Assembly: GCA_043823085.1 (NCBI GenBank)
Contig: JBDRBE010000003.1
Location: 19,822-83,821 of the forward strand
Length of the DNA stretch: 64,000 nucleotides
Reading direction: 5' to 3'
Source: Candidatus Levyibacteriota bacterium
GTDB taxonomy: Bacteria; Patescibacteriota; Microgenomatia; Levybacterales; UBA12049
This document shows, piece by piece, positions 9,514 to 17,305 of this stretch (the stretch's first letter is position 1; each line of letters begins with the position of its first letter). The notes below the pieces were generated by a model. The model saw only the letters and a program-made list of their open reading frames with translations, ran no database searches and was not told the origin of the DNA. The translations under genes and the position numbers were made by a program.

Positions 9514-10764
9514 ATGAAAGTTGCCGATGCAATGTCAAAATATGTTGATTATATATCTGTTGATGCGAAAGTAGGCGATGTTGCGCGTCTTATTTTTGGT
9601 AGGGGAGTTAATGGGGTTCCTGTTTGTAAAGGCAAAAAGGTTGTTGGTCTGATTACGGAGCGTGATATTCTCTCCAAATTTTATCCCACAATGACAGAAT
9701 ATATAGAGGATACTATTCATGCTTCGGACTTCGAGGGCATGGAAAATAAAGTTAATGAAATTTTAGAACTGCCCGCCGAAAAAATAATGACTAAAAATCC
9801 AACTACAATATCTGCAGATATGCCTCTTTTGCGTGCGCAATCTTTAATGTTCACAGAAAAGGTCGGAAGACTTCCAGTAATTGATAAAAAAGGAATTTTG
9901 ATTGGAATAATTGCACAAGGAGATATATTTAAATCAATTGTTGGAGGAAAAGTTCCTCTCGATGAGGAAGATACAGATTTCTACAATTGGTTGGGCGAGT
10001 ATTATGATGAGCTCTATAATTGGGGGAAAAGATTAGATAGTGAAATACCGGCTCTTGCAAAATTATTCCAAAAAGAAAAAGTAAGAAACGTGTTGGATGT
10101 GTCATCAAGCACTGGGGAGCATAGTATTGCCTTGGCTAAAAAGGGATTTGGTGTCGTTGGCATTGAGACAAGCAATATAATGCAGAGACTTGCTCGAAAT
10201 AAACAAAAAGGACTCCCCTTACTCTATAGGAATAAAATAAGGTTTCTGGGAGGATCTTACAAAAAGGAATTAGAAGAGTTAACCTTTAATTTGGATGCCG
10301 CTATTTTTATGGGAAATGCTTTGTCCTCTGTTATAGCTTCTGATAAACGGATACTAGAAGATGTAGTGTGCGTTCTTAATAAAGAAAATCCAATACTTGT
10401 TTTTCAAGTTTTGAATCTTGAGAAAATATTCAAGGTCCAAAATGGTTTTAGAGATTTTAACATAACTGAGCAATCATATGGTGCTGGATCAAAATATGCT
10501 CTCTTATCGTTTTATACAAAAGGACAAAAGAAGAACATATTTATCAGTAGGGCGGTTTTTAGTTTGTCGCATGATAAGTGGGTATTTAGAGGTGTTAGAT
10601 CGACTCCTGTTGTTCCTATAAAAAAACAAAAACTTGTAAACAAATTACGCAAGTTGGGCTTTACTAAATTCAGTTTTTACGGAAGTTCACTCTATCAACC
10701 AATCTTTAAATATCCTTTCAAACCATCAAAAAGTGATTGGTTGAATGTTGTTGCCAAGATATGA
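9514..10764 (+). CDS. CBS-domain pair fused to a class I SAM-dependent methyltransferase-like domain
   Basis: Two CBS motifs in the N-terminal ~140 aa (...GVPVCKGKKVVGLITERDIL..., ...VGRLPVIDKKGILIGIIAQGDIF). A methyltransferase-like G-rich motif (LDVSSSTGEHSIALAKKG) is downstream. Confidence 0.55.
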   Translation: MKVADAMSKYVDYISVDAKVGDVARLIFGRGVNGVPVCKGKKVVGLITERDILSKFYPTMTEYIEDTIHASDFEGMENKVNEILELPAEKIMTKNPTTISADMPLLRAQSLMFTEKVGRLPVIDKKGILIGIIAQGDIFKSIVGGKVPLDEEDTDFYNWLGEYYDELYNWGKRLDSEIPALAKLFQKEKVRNVLDVSSSTGEHSIALAKKGFGVVGIETSNIMQRLARNKQKGLPLLYRNKIRFLGGSYKKELEELTFNLDAAIFMGNALSSVIASDKRILEDVVCVLNKENPILVFQVLNLEKIFKVQNGFRDFNITEQSYGAGSKYALLSFYTKGQKKNIFISRAVFSLSHDKWVFRGVRSTPVVPIKKQKLVNKLRKLGFTKFSFYGSSLYQPIFKYPFKPSKSDWLNVVAKI

Positions 10765-11312
10765 AAAAATTTATTTTTTTCTTTACATTTTTTGTTTTTC
10801 TTTTTTCCTTTCAACATTCGTTTGCACAAACGAAGATGGAGGAGGTCACGGTTGTTCCTCAAGCATCAGTTGATTATCAGCTCCCATACCCGGGGCTTTT
10901 ACCAGACAGTCCTCTTTATATTTTTAAAACAATCAGGGATAGAATAATTGGTTTTCTTGTTTCAGACCCTCTAAAGAAAGCGGAATTCAATTTACTGATG
11001 GCAGATAAACGGTTAATATCAGGTGTTGAGCTTATCAAGAAAAATAAAACAAAAGAAGATTTGGCTTATTCGACAATTTCCAAAGGAGAAAATTATTTTC
11101 AAGAAGCGATTGTAAAAATCAAAGAAGCAAAAAAACAGGGTTCGGACACGACAAAAATCTTAACAAAGCTTTCAATAGCTTCCCGAAAACACAAGGAAGT
11201 TTTGGTAAGTTTGGAAAAACAGGTTACGCCAGAAAAAAGGGCGACCCTGCTTAATTTAGAAAAAAGAGTAGATGAATTCGAAAAAGAGGTTGATGGAATA
11301 GTACCAAATTAA
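10761..11312 (+). CDS. hypothetical secreted protein
   Basis: Signal peptide MKKFIFFFTFFVFLFSFQHSFAQT and a coiled-coil-like C-terminus. The start overlaps the upstream stop (ATGA). Confidence 0.4.
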   Translation: MKKFIFFFTFFVFLFSFQHSFAQTKMEEVTVVPQASVDYQLPYPGLLPDSPLYIFKTIRDRIIGFLVSDPLKKAEFNLLMADKRLISGVELIKKNKTKEDLAYSTISKGENYFQEAIVKIKEAKKQGSDTTKILTKLSIASRKHKEVLVSLEKQVTPEKRATLLNLEKRVDEFEKEVDGIVPN

Positions 11313-11482
11313 CAGTTTGAATAACATTTTGTGATAATTTTTTTTGTTCATCTTAATTAAGACTTTTGAGCCCTCTTTTCCTAGAATATAAATTTTTTAC
11401 TCTTTTATTTTGCCTTTGTCAGAAACAGTTAAAAATCGAGGCTAAAAATTGAGCTGACTCTTTTTGATATAGATATTAGTAG

Positions 11483-11511
11483 TTGACACAATAGATCTAG
11501 CGTTTTATGCT
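11483..11511 (+). promoter_or_regulatory. sigma70-like promoter TTGACA-N17-TATGCT upstream of nrdR-nrdJ
   Basis: TTGACA at 11483-11488 and TATGCT at 11506-11511. Confidence 0.45.
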
Positions 11512-11519
11512 TTTCCTGG

Positions 11520-11535
11520 CACTAGATATAGTGTA
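11520..11535 (+). promoter_or_regulatory. putative NrdR box (cACTAGATATAGTGTa) just downstream of the -10
   Basis: The palindrome ACTAgATATAGTgt resembles the NrdR-box consensus acaCwAtATaTwGtgt. It sits in front of nrdR itself, which suggests autoregulation. Confidence 0.45.
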
Positions 11536-11613
11536 GGACATAGAAATTTGCTTAGGTCGGCACGAAAATTTTATTTGCTTATTTGAAATTTGTAGTATTT
11601 GTAGTATTAAGGT

Positions 11614-12063
11614 ATGAAGTGTCCATATTGCGGAAGCAAAGAAACAGAAGTAGTTGAAACAAGAGATAGCGAAGACTTGGAAACAATTCGAAGAAGAAGA
11701 GCTTGTCTAAAATGCGAAAAAAGATTTACGACTTACGAAAGAGTAGAAAATATTAATTTAATAGTTATAAAAAAAGACGGAAAAAGGGAGCAATTCAGCC
11801 GAGATAAATTAAAAAACGGAATTTTAAAGGCAAGCGAAAAAACAAAAGTCTCGCTTGAGAATATAGAAAAAATTGTTACAGAAGTAGAAAGAGAATTGCG
11901 AAGCGGAGATTCGGTTGAGATAGAAAGTAAAAAAATCGGATTAATGATTGCAAATAGACTTAAAAAAATTGACAAAGTAGCGTATATTAGATTTTCAAGT
12001 GTTTTCAAAAGATTTGTTGACGTTGAAGATTTTGAGGAAGAAGTAAAAAAACTCATTAAATAG
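11614..12063 (+). CDS. nrdR: transcriptional repressor NrdR (zinc ribbon + ATP-cone)
   Basis: MKCPYCGSKETEVVETRDSEDLETIRRRRACLKCEKRFTTYERVE is a near-canonical NrdR N-terminus. Confidence 0.9.
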   Translation: MKCPYCGSKETEVVETRDSEDLETIRRRRACLKCEKRFTTYERVENINLIVIKKDGKREQFSRDKLKNGILKASEKTKVSLENIEKIVTEVERELRSGDSVEIESKKIGLMIANRLKKIDKVAYIRFSSVFKRFVDVEDFEEEVKKLIK

Positions 12064-12084
12064 CATATGGTTAAATAAATAATT

Positions 12085-14544
12085 ATGAAATTAGACGGAA
12101 TTAGGCAAAAAGTATTTTTAGACAGATACTCACTAAAAGATAAAAAAGGTAATGCTTTGGAACAAACTCCGGACCGAATGTGGAGGAGAGTTGCCAAGGG
12201 AGTATCTATTGCAGAAAATAAAAAGAATCAGAAAAAATGGGAGAAAAAATTTTATGATGCGATGGAAGATTTTAAATTTGTTCCGGGCGGAAGAATTTTG
12301 GCAGGGGCGGGAACCGGTTTTGCTGTAACTTTTTATAACTGTTTTGTTCTCCCTTCTCCAAAAGACTCACGCGACGGGATAATAGATAATTTAAAATCAA
12401 TGATAGAAATTATGGCCCGGGGCGGGGGAGCCGGTATTAATCTTTCTTCGCTTCGTCCAAAAGGCGCAAGGGTTAAAAAAGTCAACGGATTTTCTTCAGG
12501 TCCCTGCAATTGGGCAGAACTTTATTCTCTTGCAACCCACGATATTATTCAGCAAGGCGGTTCAAGACGCGGGGCATTAATGCTGATGCTTTGGGATTGG
12601 CATCCGGATATTGAAGAATTTATTACGGTCAAACGTGATTTAAAAAGAATAAGCGGCGCAAATTTATCAGTTTGTATTTCCGATAAATTTATGGAGGCGG
12701 TTAAAAAAGACGCTGACTGGGATTTGGTTTTTCCGGATTTAGGAGATAAAGATTACGATGAAAAATGGGACGGAGTATTAAATAATTGGAAAGCCCATAA
12801 GAAGAAAGTCAAAGTTTATAAAACTATTAAAGCAAGATACCTCTGGAATTTAATTTGCGAAGCGGCCTGGCAATCAGCAGAGCCGGGCATTGTTTTTATG
12901 GAACGCTACAACAAATGGTATAACAATTGGTATTGGAATACTGTTAACTGTACAAACCCTTGCGGCGAAGAAGGTTTGCCTTCCTGGGGAGTTTGCAATC
13001 TTTCCTCTTTGAATCTTTCGGCATTTGTCAAAGGCGACAGTGTTGATAAGGCAGGAGAAATGGATTACAAAAGTCTTTGCGAACACGCTAAAATCGGGGT
13101 GAGACTGCAGGATGATATTATTAATATCGATAATTACGCTTTCCCAGAAATTCGCGAACGACAATTAAACGGCGAGCGAAGAATTGGACTTGGGACAATG
13201 GGTCTTGGGGATGCGCTTATTAAAATGCATCTTCGTTATGGATCTGATAAATCGCTAAAGACAATAGAAAAAATATTTAGAACAATAAGAGATGCCGCTT
13301 ATGAGGCTTCGGTTGAAATCTCACGCGAAAAAGGAGCTTTTCCAAAATTCAACGCCCAAAAATACCTCAAAGGATATTTTATTAAAAAACTTCCAAAAGA
13401 AATAAGAGACAAAATTAAAAAATACGGTATTCGAAACTCTTTGCTTTTACAGGAAGCGCCGACTGGCTCAACCAGTCTTCTTTCCGGTGTTTCTTCGGGA
13501 ATTGAACCCATTTACGAATTTGAATTTATTAGAAAAGATAGGCTTGGCGAGCATACGATATGTCATCCTCTATATGAAGAATGGAAAAAAGCCCACCCCA
13601 ACGAGAAAAAACCCGATTATTTTGTTTCGGCCAATGATTTAACTCCGGAAGATCACGTTAAAGTTCAGTCATTAATTCAAAGTTTTGTTGATGCATCAAT
13701 TTCAAAAACCGTTAATGCGCCAAAAGCCCATACGGTTGATGATGTAAAAAGACTTTATGAACTTGCCTACAAGCTTGGCTGTAAAGGAATTACTTACATG
13801 AGAGAGGGTTCAAGAGAGGGAGTTTTAACGCGAGTCGAAGAAAAAAAGGAAGAGGTTGTCAAAAAAGAAATGCCAAAAGTACAAAAACCGGTTGCACCAA
13901 GACCGATGCAGTTGGAGGGAGTTACTTACATGACTGAAACGCCGGTTGGAAAAACCTATATCACAATTAACCATAATCAAGACGGAGATCCATTCGAAGT
14001 ATTTATAACTATTGGAAAATCCGGTTCTGATGTTGCGGCAATGGCAGATGCGCTGGGACGAATGATCTCTCTGAATCTTCGTTTAAATGATTCGCTGCTA
14101 CCGCGAGAACGCATTAGACAAGTTGTCTCACAGCTGGCCGGAATCGGCGGAGCAAGAAGCGTTGGGTTTGGCAAAGAAAAAGTCAGGTCTTTACCAGATG
14201 CCATAGCCAAAATTTTATCAAAACATTTTAGTTTTGCTGTTAATGGTAGTGTTGAAGATAAAAGACCAGCATCAAACGGTGAAGGGCAATCGGGTAACGG
14301 CCATGCGCAAGATGAAGAAAGTCTGGTTTCAGACAAGGCTGATTTGGTTTTAATGCAGCAGTTAACTTTGGGCGGACAAGCAAGCGGTTTACCCTCTTTA
14401 GAAATTGAAGCGTCGGAAAAAACCTATGCCAAAGATCCAAGCGCCACAAATCTTTTTGATATTTGTCCGGAATGCGGAAGCGGAAGTTTAGCTTATGAAG
14501 AAGGCTGTAGAAAATGTTATAGTTGTGGGTATTCAGAATGCTAA
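12085..14544 (+). CDS. nrdJ: class II adenosylcobalamin-dependent ribonucleotide reductase
   Basis: 819 aa. Has GGGAGINLSSLRPKGA, the active-site region NPCGEEGLPSWGVCNLSSLNL, and a C-terminal zinc ribbon CPECGSG...CRKCYSCG. It lies directly after nrdR. Confidence 0.85.
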   Translation: MKLDGIRQKVFLDRYSLKDKKGNALEQTPDRMWRRVAKGVSIAENKKNQKKWEKKFYDAMEDFKFVPGGRILAGAGTGFAVTFYNCFVLPSPKDSRDGIIDNLKSMIEIMARGGGAGINLSSLRPKGARVKKVNGFSSGPCNWAELYSLATHDIIQQGGSRRGALMLMLWDWHPDIEEFITVKRDLKRISGANLSVCISDKFMEAVKKDADWDLVFPDLGDKDYDEKWDGVLNNWKAHKKKVKVYKTIKARYLWNLICEAAWQSAEPGIVFMERYNKWYNNWYWNTVNCTNPCGEEGLPSWGVCNLSSLNLSAFVKGDSVDKAGEMDYKSLCEHAKIGVRLQDDIINIDNYAFPEIRERQLNGERRIGLGTMGLGDALIKMHLRYGSDKSLKTIEKIFRTIRDAAYEASVEISREKGAFPKFNAQKYLKGYFIKKLPKEIRDKIKKYGIRNSLLLQEAPTGSTSLLSGVSSGIEPIYEFEFIRKDRLGEHTICHPLYEEWKKAHPNEKKPDYFVSANDLTPEDHVKVQSLIQSFVDASISKTVNAPKAHTVDDVKRLYELAYKLGCKGITYMREGSREGVLTRVEEKKEEVVKKEMPKVQKPVAPRPMQLEGVTYMTETPVGKTYITINHNQDGDPFEVFITIGKSGSDVAAMADALGRMISLNLRLNDSLLPRERIRQVVSQLAGIGGARSVGFGKEKVRSLPDAIAKILSKHFSFAVNGSVEDKRPASNGEGQSGNGHAQDEESLVSDKADLVLMQQLTLGGQASGLPSLEIEASEKTYAKDPSATNLFDICPECGSGSLAYEEGCRKCYSCGYSEC

Positions 14545-14548
14545 AACT

Positions 14549-14599
14549 AGCGTATAGCGTATAGCGTATAGCGTATAGCGTATAGCGTATAGCGTATAG
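14549..14599. repeat. tandem heptamer (GCGTATA)x7 immediately after the nrdJ stop
   Basis: Seen directly: tagcgtatagcgtatagcgtatagcgtatagcgtatagcgtatag. This unit is the reverse complement of the CTATACGC family found elsewhere in the window. Confidence 0.9.
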
Positions 14600-14644
14600 T
14601 TGTAGTTGTAATTAAAAATTAATTCAGTTAAAATGTTTGCGTGG

Positions 14645-14803
14645 GTAATCACCGTGACCTGCTTTTGCTGAAAGCTTCAGCAAGGCAAGAAATCGGTGGC
14701 AGTGCCGCTACTGTATAGCCAGAAAACCACGCAAAATAACCCCCGTGGGGGTTCCCGAGCAGGAGTTATTATATCCTTCTTGGGAACAAGAGGGATTTTT
14801 TTT
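14645..14803 (+). promoter_or_regulatory. cobalamin (AdoCbl) riboswitch upstream of the PduO-type adenosyltransferase
   Basis: GGTGGCAGTGCCGCTACTGTATAGCCAGAAAACCAC matches the conserved CCGCcACTGTaa core and B12 box AGCCAGgAaACC. A hairpin plus T-run (gggaac...gggattttttttATG) follows. Confidence 0.55.
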
Positions 14804-15370
14804 ATGGTTCGACAAGTTCACCACAAGGTGAAAATTTATACAAAGACCGGGGATAAAGGAAAAACTTCGCTTTTGGGCGGAAAGAGAGTGCCAAAAGATG
14901 ATTTAAGAATTGAAGTTATTGGAGAAATTGATGAACTGAATTCGGTGATTGGAATTGTGATAGCGCAAATCTCAAAGCGCAAATCTCAAAACCAAAACTT
15001 AAAGTTCAAAAATGAACTAATAAATATTCAAAAAGATCTTTTTGGAATTGGGTCATCATTGTCAGGTTTTTTAACTAAACGCTACGTGCTAGACGCTAGA
15101 CGCTTGGAAAAGATGATAGGCGAGTTATCGAAAGAGTTGCCCGTATTAAAGAGTTTTATTCTTCCCGGCGGGGGAGAAAGCGGTTCTTTTTTGCATTTGG
15201 CAAGAGCGGTTTGCCGAAGAGCGGAAAGAAGAACGGTTGGACTTTCTAAAAAAGAAATTGTCGATAAAAGTATCATTATGTATTTAAATCGTCTTTCGGA
15301 TTTATTATTTACAATGGCAAGATATATAAATTTTAAAGAAAATAAAAAAGAAATAATTTGGCCTTCCTAA
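14804..15370 (+). CDS. PduO-type ATP:cob(I)alamin adenosyltransferase
   Basis: MVRQVHHKVKIYTKTGDKGKTSLLGGKRVPKDDLRIEVIGEIDELNS matches the PduO N-terminal signature (KIYTKTGDKGxTSL...). The ATG at 14804 follows the riboswitch terminator; the ORF-track start at 14696 lies inside the riboswitch. Confidence 0.8.
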   Translation: MVRQVHHKVKIYTKTGDKGKTSLLGGKRVPKDDLRIEVIGEIDELNSVIGIVIAQISKRKSQNQNLKFKNELINIQKDLFGIGSSLSGFLTKRYVLDARRLEKMIGELSKELPVLKSFILPGGGESGSFLHLARAVCRRAERRTVGLSKKEIVDKSIIMYLNRLSDLLFTMARYINFKENKKEIIWPS

Positions 15371-15375
15371 GCTTA

Positions 15376-15594
15376 CCGTTCGCCTTTTCAATTCTATTCG
15401 AATACGGCTCACGGAGCGCTTTAAGGCGGGTAAGGTTAAAAAAATTTTATTGAAAGTAAAAATTGGGTGAAATCGGTGTGATTCCGATGCTGTGCCGCAA
15501 CTGTTAAAGCCAGATCCCCATTATCCCGCCAAACGGGATAGATAAGTCTTCCGAGTAGAAGCAATATTTCTCCTCGGAAACGAGGAGTTTTTTT
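15376..15594 (+). promoter_or_regulatory. second cobalamin riboswitch, upstream of an unknown 387-aa protein
   Basis: GGGTGAAATCGGTGTGATTCCGATGCTGTGCCGCAACTGTTAAAGCCAGATCCCC is a very good match to the B12 element core (GGTGAAAxCC...GCcGCAACTGTaa...AGCCAGGATaCC). The terminator hairpin ctcctcggaaacgaggagttttttt ends 2 nt before the ATG. Confidence 0.65.
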
Positions 15595-16758
15595 ATGGGA
15601 AAAGAAGTGTTTTTTGATAGAATAACAGCCAAAAATGTTGGTTTTGATTTACCGCAAGAAGCAGTTAATGTGTCAAGGGCCTTGACAAAATTTCCTTTTT
15701 TAAGAAAAGAAATCATTAAAACTACCGCTCGTCAAATCAGGACTTACGAGTCAGAAACCCTTAAAGATAGTGTCGTGTCTTATTATCCATGTTTTCTGCA
15801 TTCTGTTGGAGGAAAAACGAAATTATTCTCTTCGGATATCCCTCATGAACAATTTTTAATGGAGTCTCAAATAGACTCGATTGAAAGAGATGGTGCGCCG
15901 TTAAATGGTTTTAGAAAATTGCAAGAAGAATTAGGCCGATTTAGCGGGAAAAGATTATTCTTATGGATTAGTCCAAAAGGAAGCGCTGGCAATAAGGGAA
16001 TTTATAAAAAAATTAATTATGGTTATCATCAAATTTATATTGGGACAGCTGAAGACAGAAAAACCCAAGCCTATGCCCTAAAGTCTGATATTGATGAAAG
16101 GGTACTAGCCAGTTGGATTAATCAAGTTTCGAATGGAAAGACTAGCATTAAGGGAGAGGATTCTCTGGAATTTCTCTTTAATCCGGTCGTAGTCCCTTTT
16201 TTTTCTTCGACATATTCTTCCGATGAAATGATAGCTTTCGCCCTGGTTAGATTAAAAAATATTTTGGCAAAAAGCAAGCAGTCGGCATTTTATAAAGATG
16301 TAGAAGTTGAAAACTTACCGGATTCAATGATAGATACAAAAATAGAACAAGAAAGAGATGTTGAAAGAATAGCTAGGGAACTTGATATTCAGCTCTCTAT
16401 GGATAAATGGTTAGGTTATGAAGAAGCTAGACGAGCAATTGGAGGGCAAATGTATGTTTTGTATGAAAGTTATGCTAATAAAAAGGGAGAATTTGAATTA
16501 AAAGGTTGTTCGGGAGGAACAAAAACCACCAAAAATCTTTTTGAGAATGAAATAGATTTATTAATTGAAAATATTTTTTCTACAGCATTCAGAATTAAAA
16601 ATTCTACAACGGATGAAGAATATAAGTTTGATAAAATTGATGATTGTGTAAAATGTGGAGCAAAGAATGTTGCCGTTGGTCCTTGTAAGATCTGCCAGCC
16701 ATGTGACAAAGCATTAAGAGCTAAAAGCGCCGCAAAATATTCCTTCTCCTTGAACTAA
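15595..16758 (+). CDS. hypothetical protein under B12-riboswitch control, with a C-terminal Cys-rich zinc-ribbon-like motif
   Basis: 387-aa ORF with no family I recognise. The C-terminus is CVKCGAKNVAVGPCKICQPCDKA. Confidence 0.55.
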   Translation: MGKEVFFDRITAKNVGFDLPQEAVNVSRALTKFPFLRKEIIKTTARQIRTYESETLKDSVVSYYPCFLHSVGGKTKLFSSDIPHEQFLMESQIDSIERDGAPLNGFRKLQEELGRFSGKRLFLWISPKGSAGNKGIYKKINYGYHQIYIGTAEDRKTQAYALKSDIDERVLASWINQVSNGKTSIKGEDSLEFLFNPVVVPFFSSTYSSDEMIAFALVRLKNILAKSKQSAFYKDVEVENLPDSMIDTKIEQERDVERIARELDIQLSMDKWLGYEEARRAIGGQMYVLYESYANKKGEFELKGCSGGTKTTKNLFENEIDLLIENIFSTAFRIKNSTTDEEYKFDKIDDCVKCGAKNVAVGPCKICQPCDKALRAKSAAKYSFSLN

Positions 16759-16818
16759 AAGAATTTTGTAATCTCGATATAATGACAGTTTTATTTTTTA
16801 GTGCTATTATATTTATAT

Positions 16819-17304
16819 ATGGACGATTCGCAAAACTCAAAACTCAAAACTCAAAACTCAAATCAACAGGGTGGATTAGTAAATCAGACGGCGAACCAAA
16901 GTTTAGTATCAAATCCTTCAACCGTTACAGAGCCTGTTTCTCCTGTTAGTGTTCCTCAAAAAGAAATTGTGGAGCCGGTTTTAAATCAGCCAATAGCATC
17001 AGAAATTCAGGAGGAATGGGTAAAGCCGTCCCAAGCAGAGCCGGAGATTCAGCCAGAAGTAGAAGAAGCAGGTGTCGAAAAAGTTTCGGAGCTACCAAGA
17101 ATTACAGAAGAGCATAAACAAGTCGGCATAGAGCATGCCAAAGAGTCAACGCCCGTTCAAACAAAACCCTCGGGAACAATTCAATTACCAATGACCGAAA
17201 AAGAGGCGGATTCACAGATAAAATCAACAAAAAATACAGACTCGCCGCATTGGCTGGCAGTTTTAATTAAAAAAATATTTAAACGTTTAAAAGGGACAAA
17301 CTAA
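16819..17304 (+). CDS. hypothetical low-complexity (Q/N/S/P/E-rich) protein
   Basis: ORF starting MDDSQNSKLKTQNS... contains an in-frame (CAAAACT)n repeat (16831-16866) and is followed 1 nt later by the next gene. Confidence 0.4.
   Translation: MDDSQNSKLKTQNSNQQGGLVNQTANQSLVSNPSTVTEPVSPVSVPQKEIVEPVLNQPIASEIQEEWVKPSQAEPEIQPEVEEAGVEKVSELPRITEEHKQVGIEHAKESTPVQTKPSGTIQLPMTEKEADSQIKSTKNTDSPHWLAVLIKKIFKRLKGTN
16831..16866. repeat. tandem heptamer (CAAAACT)x~5 inside a coding region
   Basis: caaaactcaaaactcaaaactcaaaactcaaatc. Confidence 0.85.
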
Positions 17305-17305
17305 A

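Noticed and set aside
14549-14599. Possible CRISPR array (also considered at the other tandem-repeat sites)
   Set aside because: These are perfect short tandem units of 7 bp with no unique spacers and no cas genes, so they are microsatellite-like and not CRISPR.
14696-14803. ORF-track start of the PduO gene at 14696
   Set aside because: The upstream extension has no ATG at 14696 and overlaps the cobalamin riboswitch and its terminator. The ATG at 14804 directly follows the terminator and begins the conserved KIYTKTGDKG motif.
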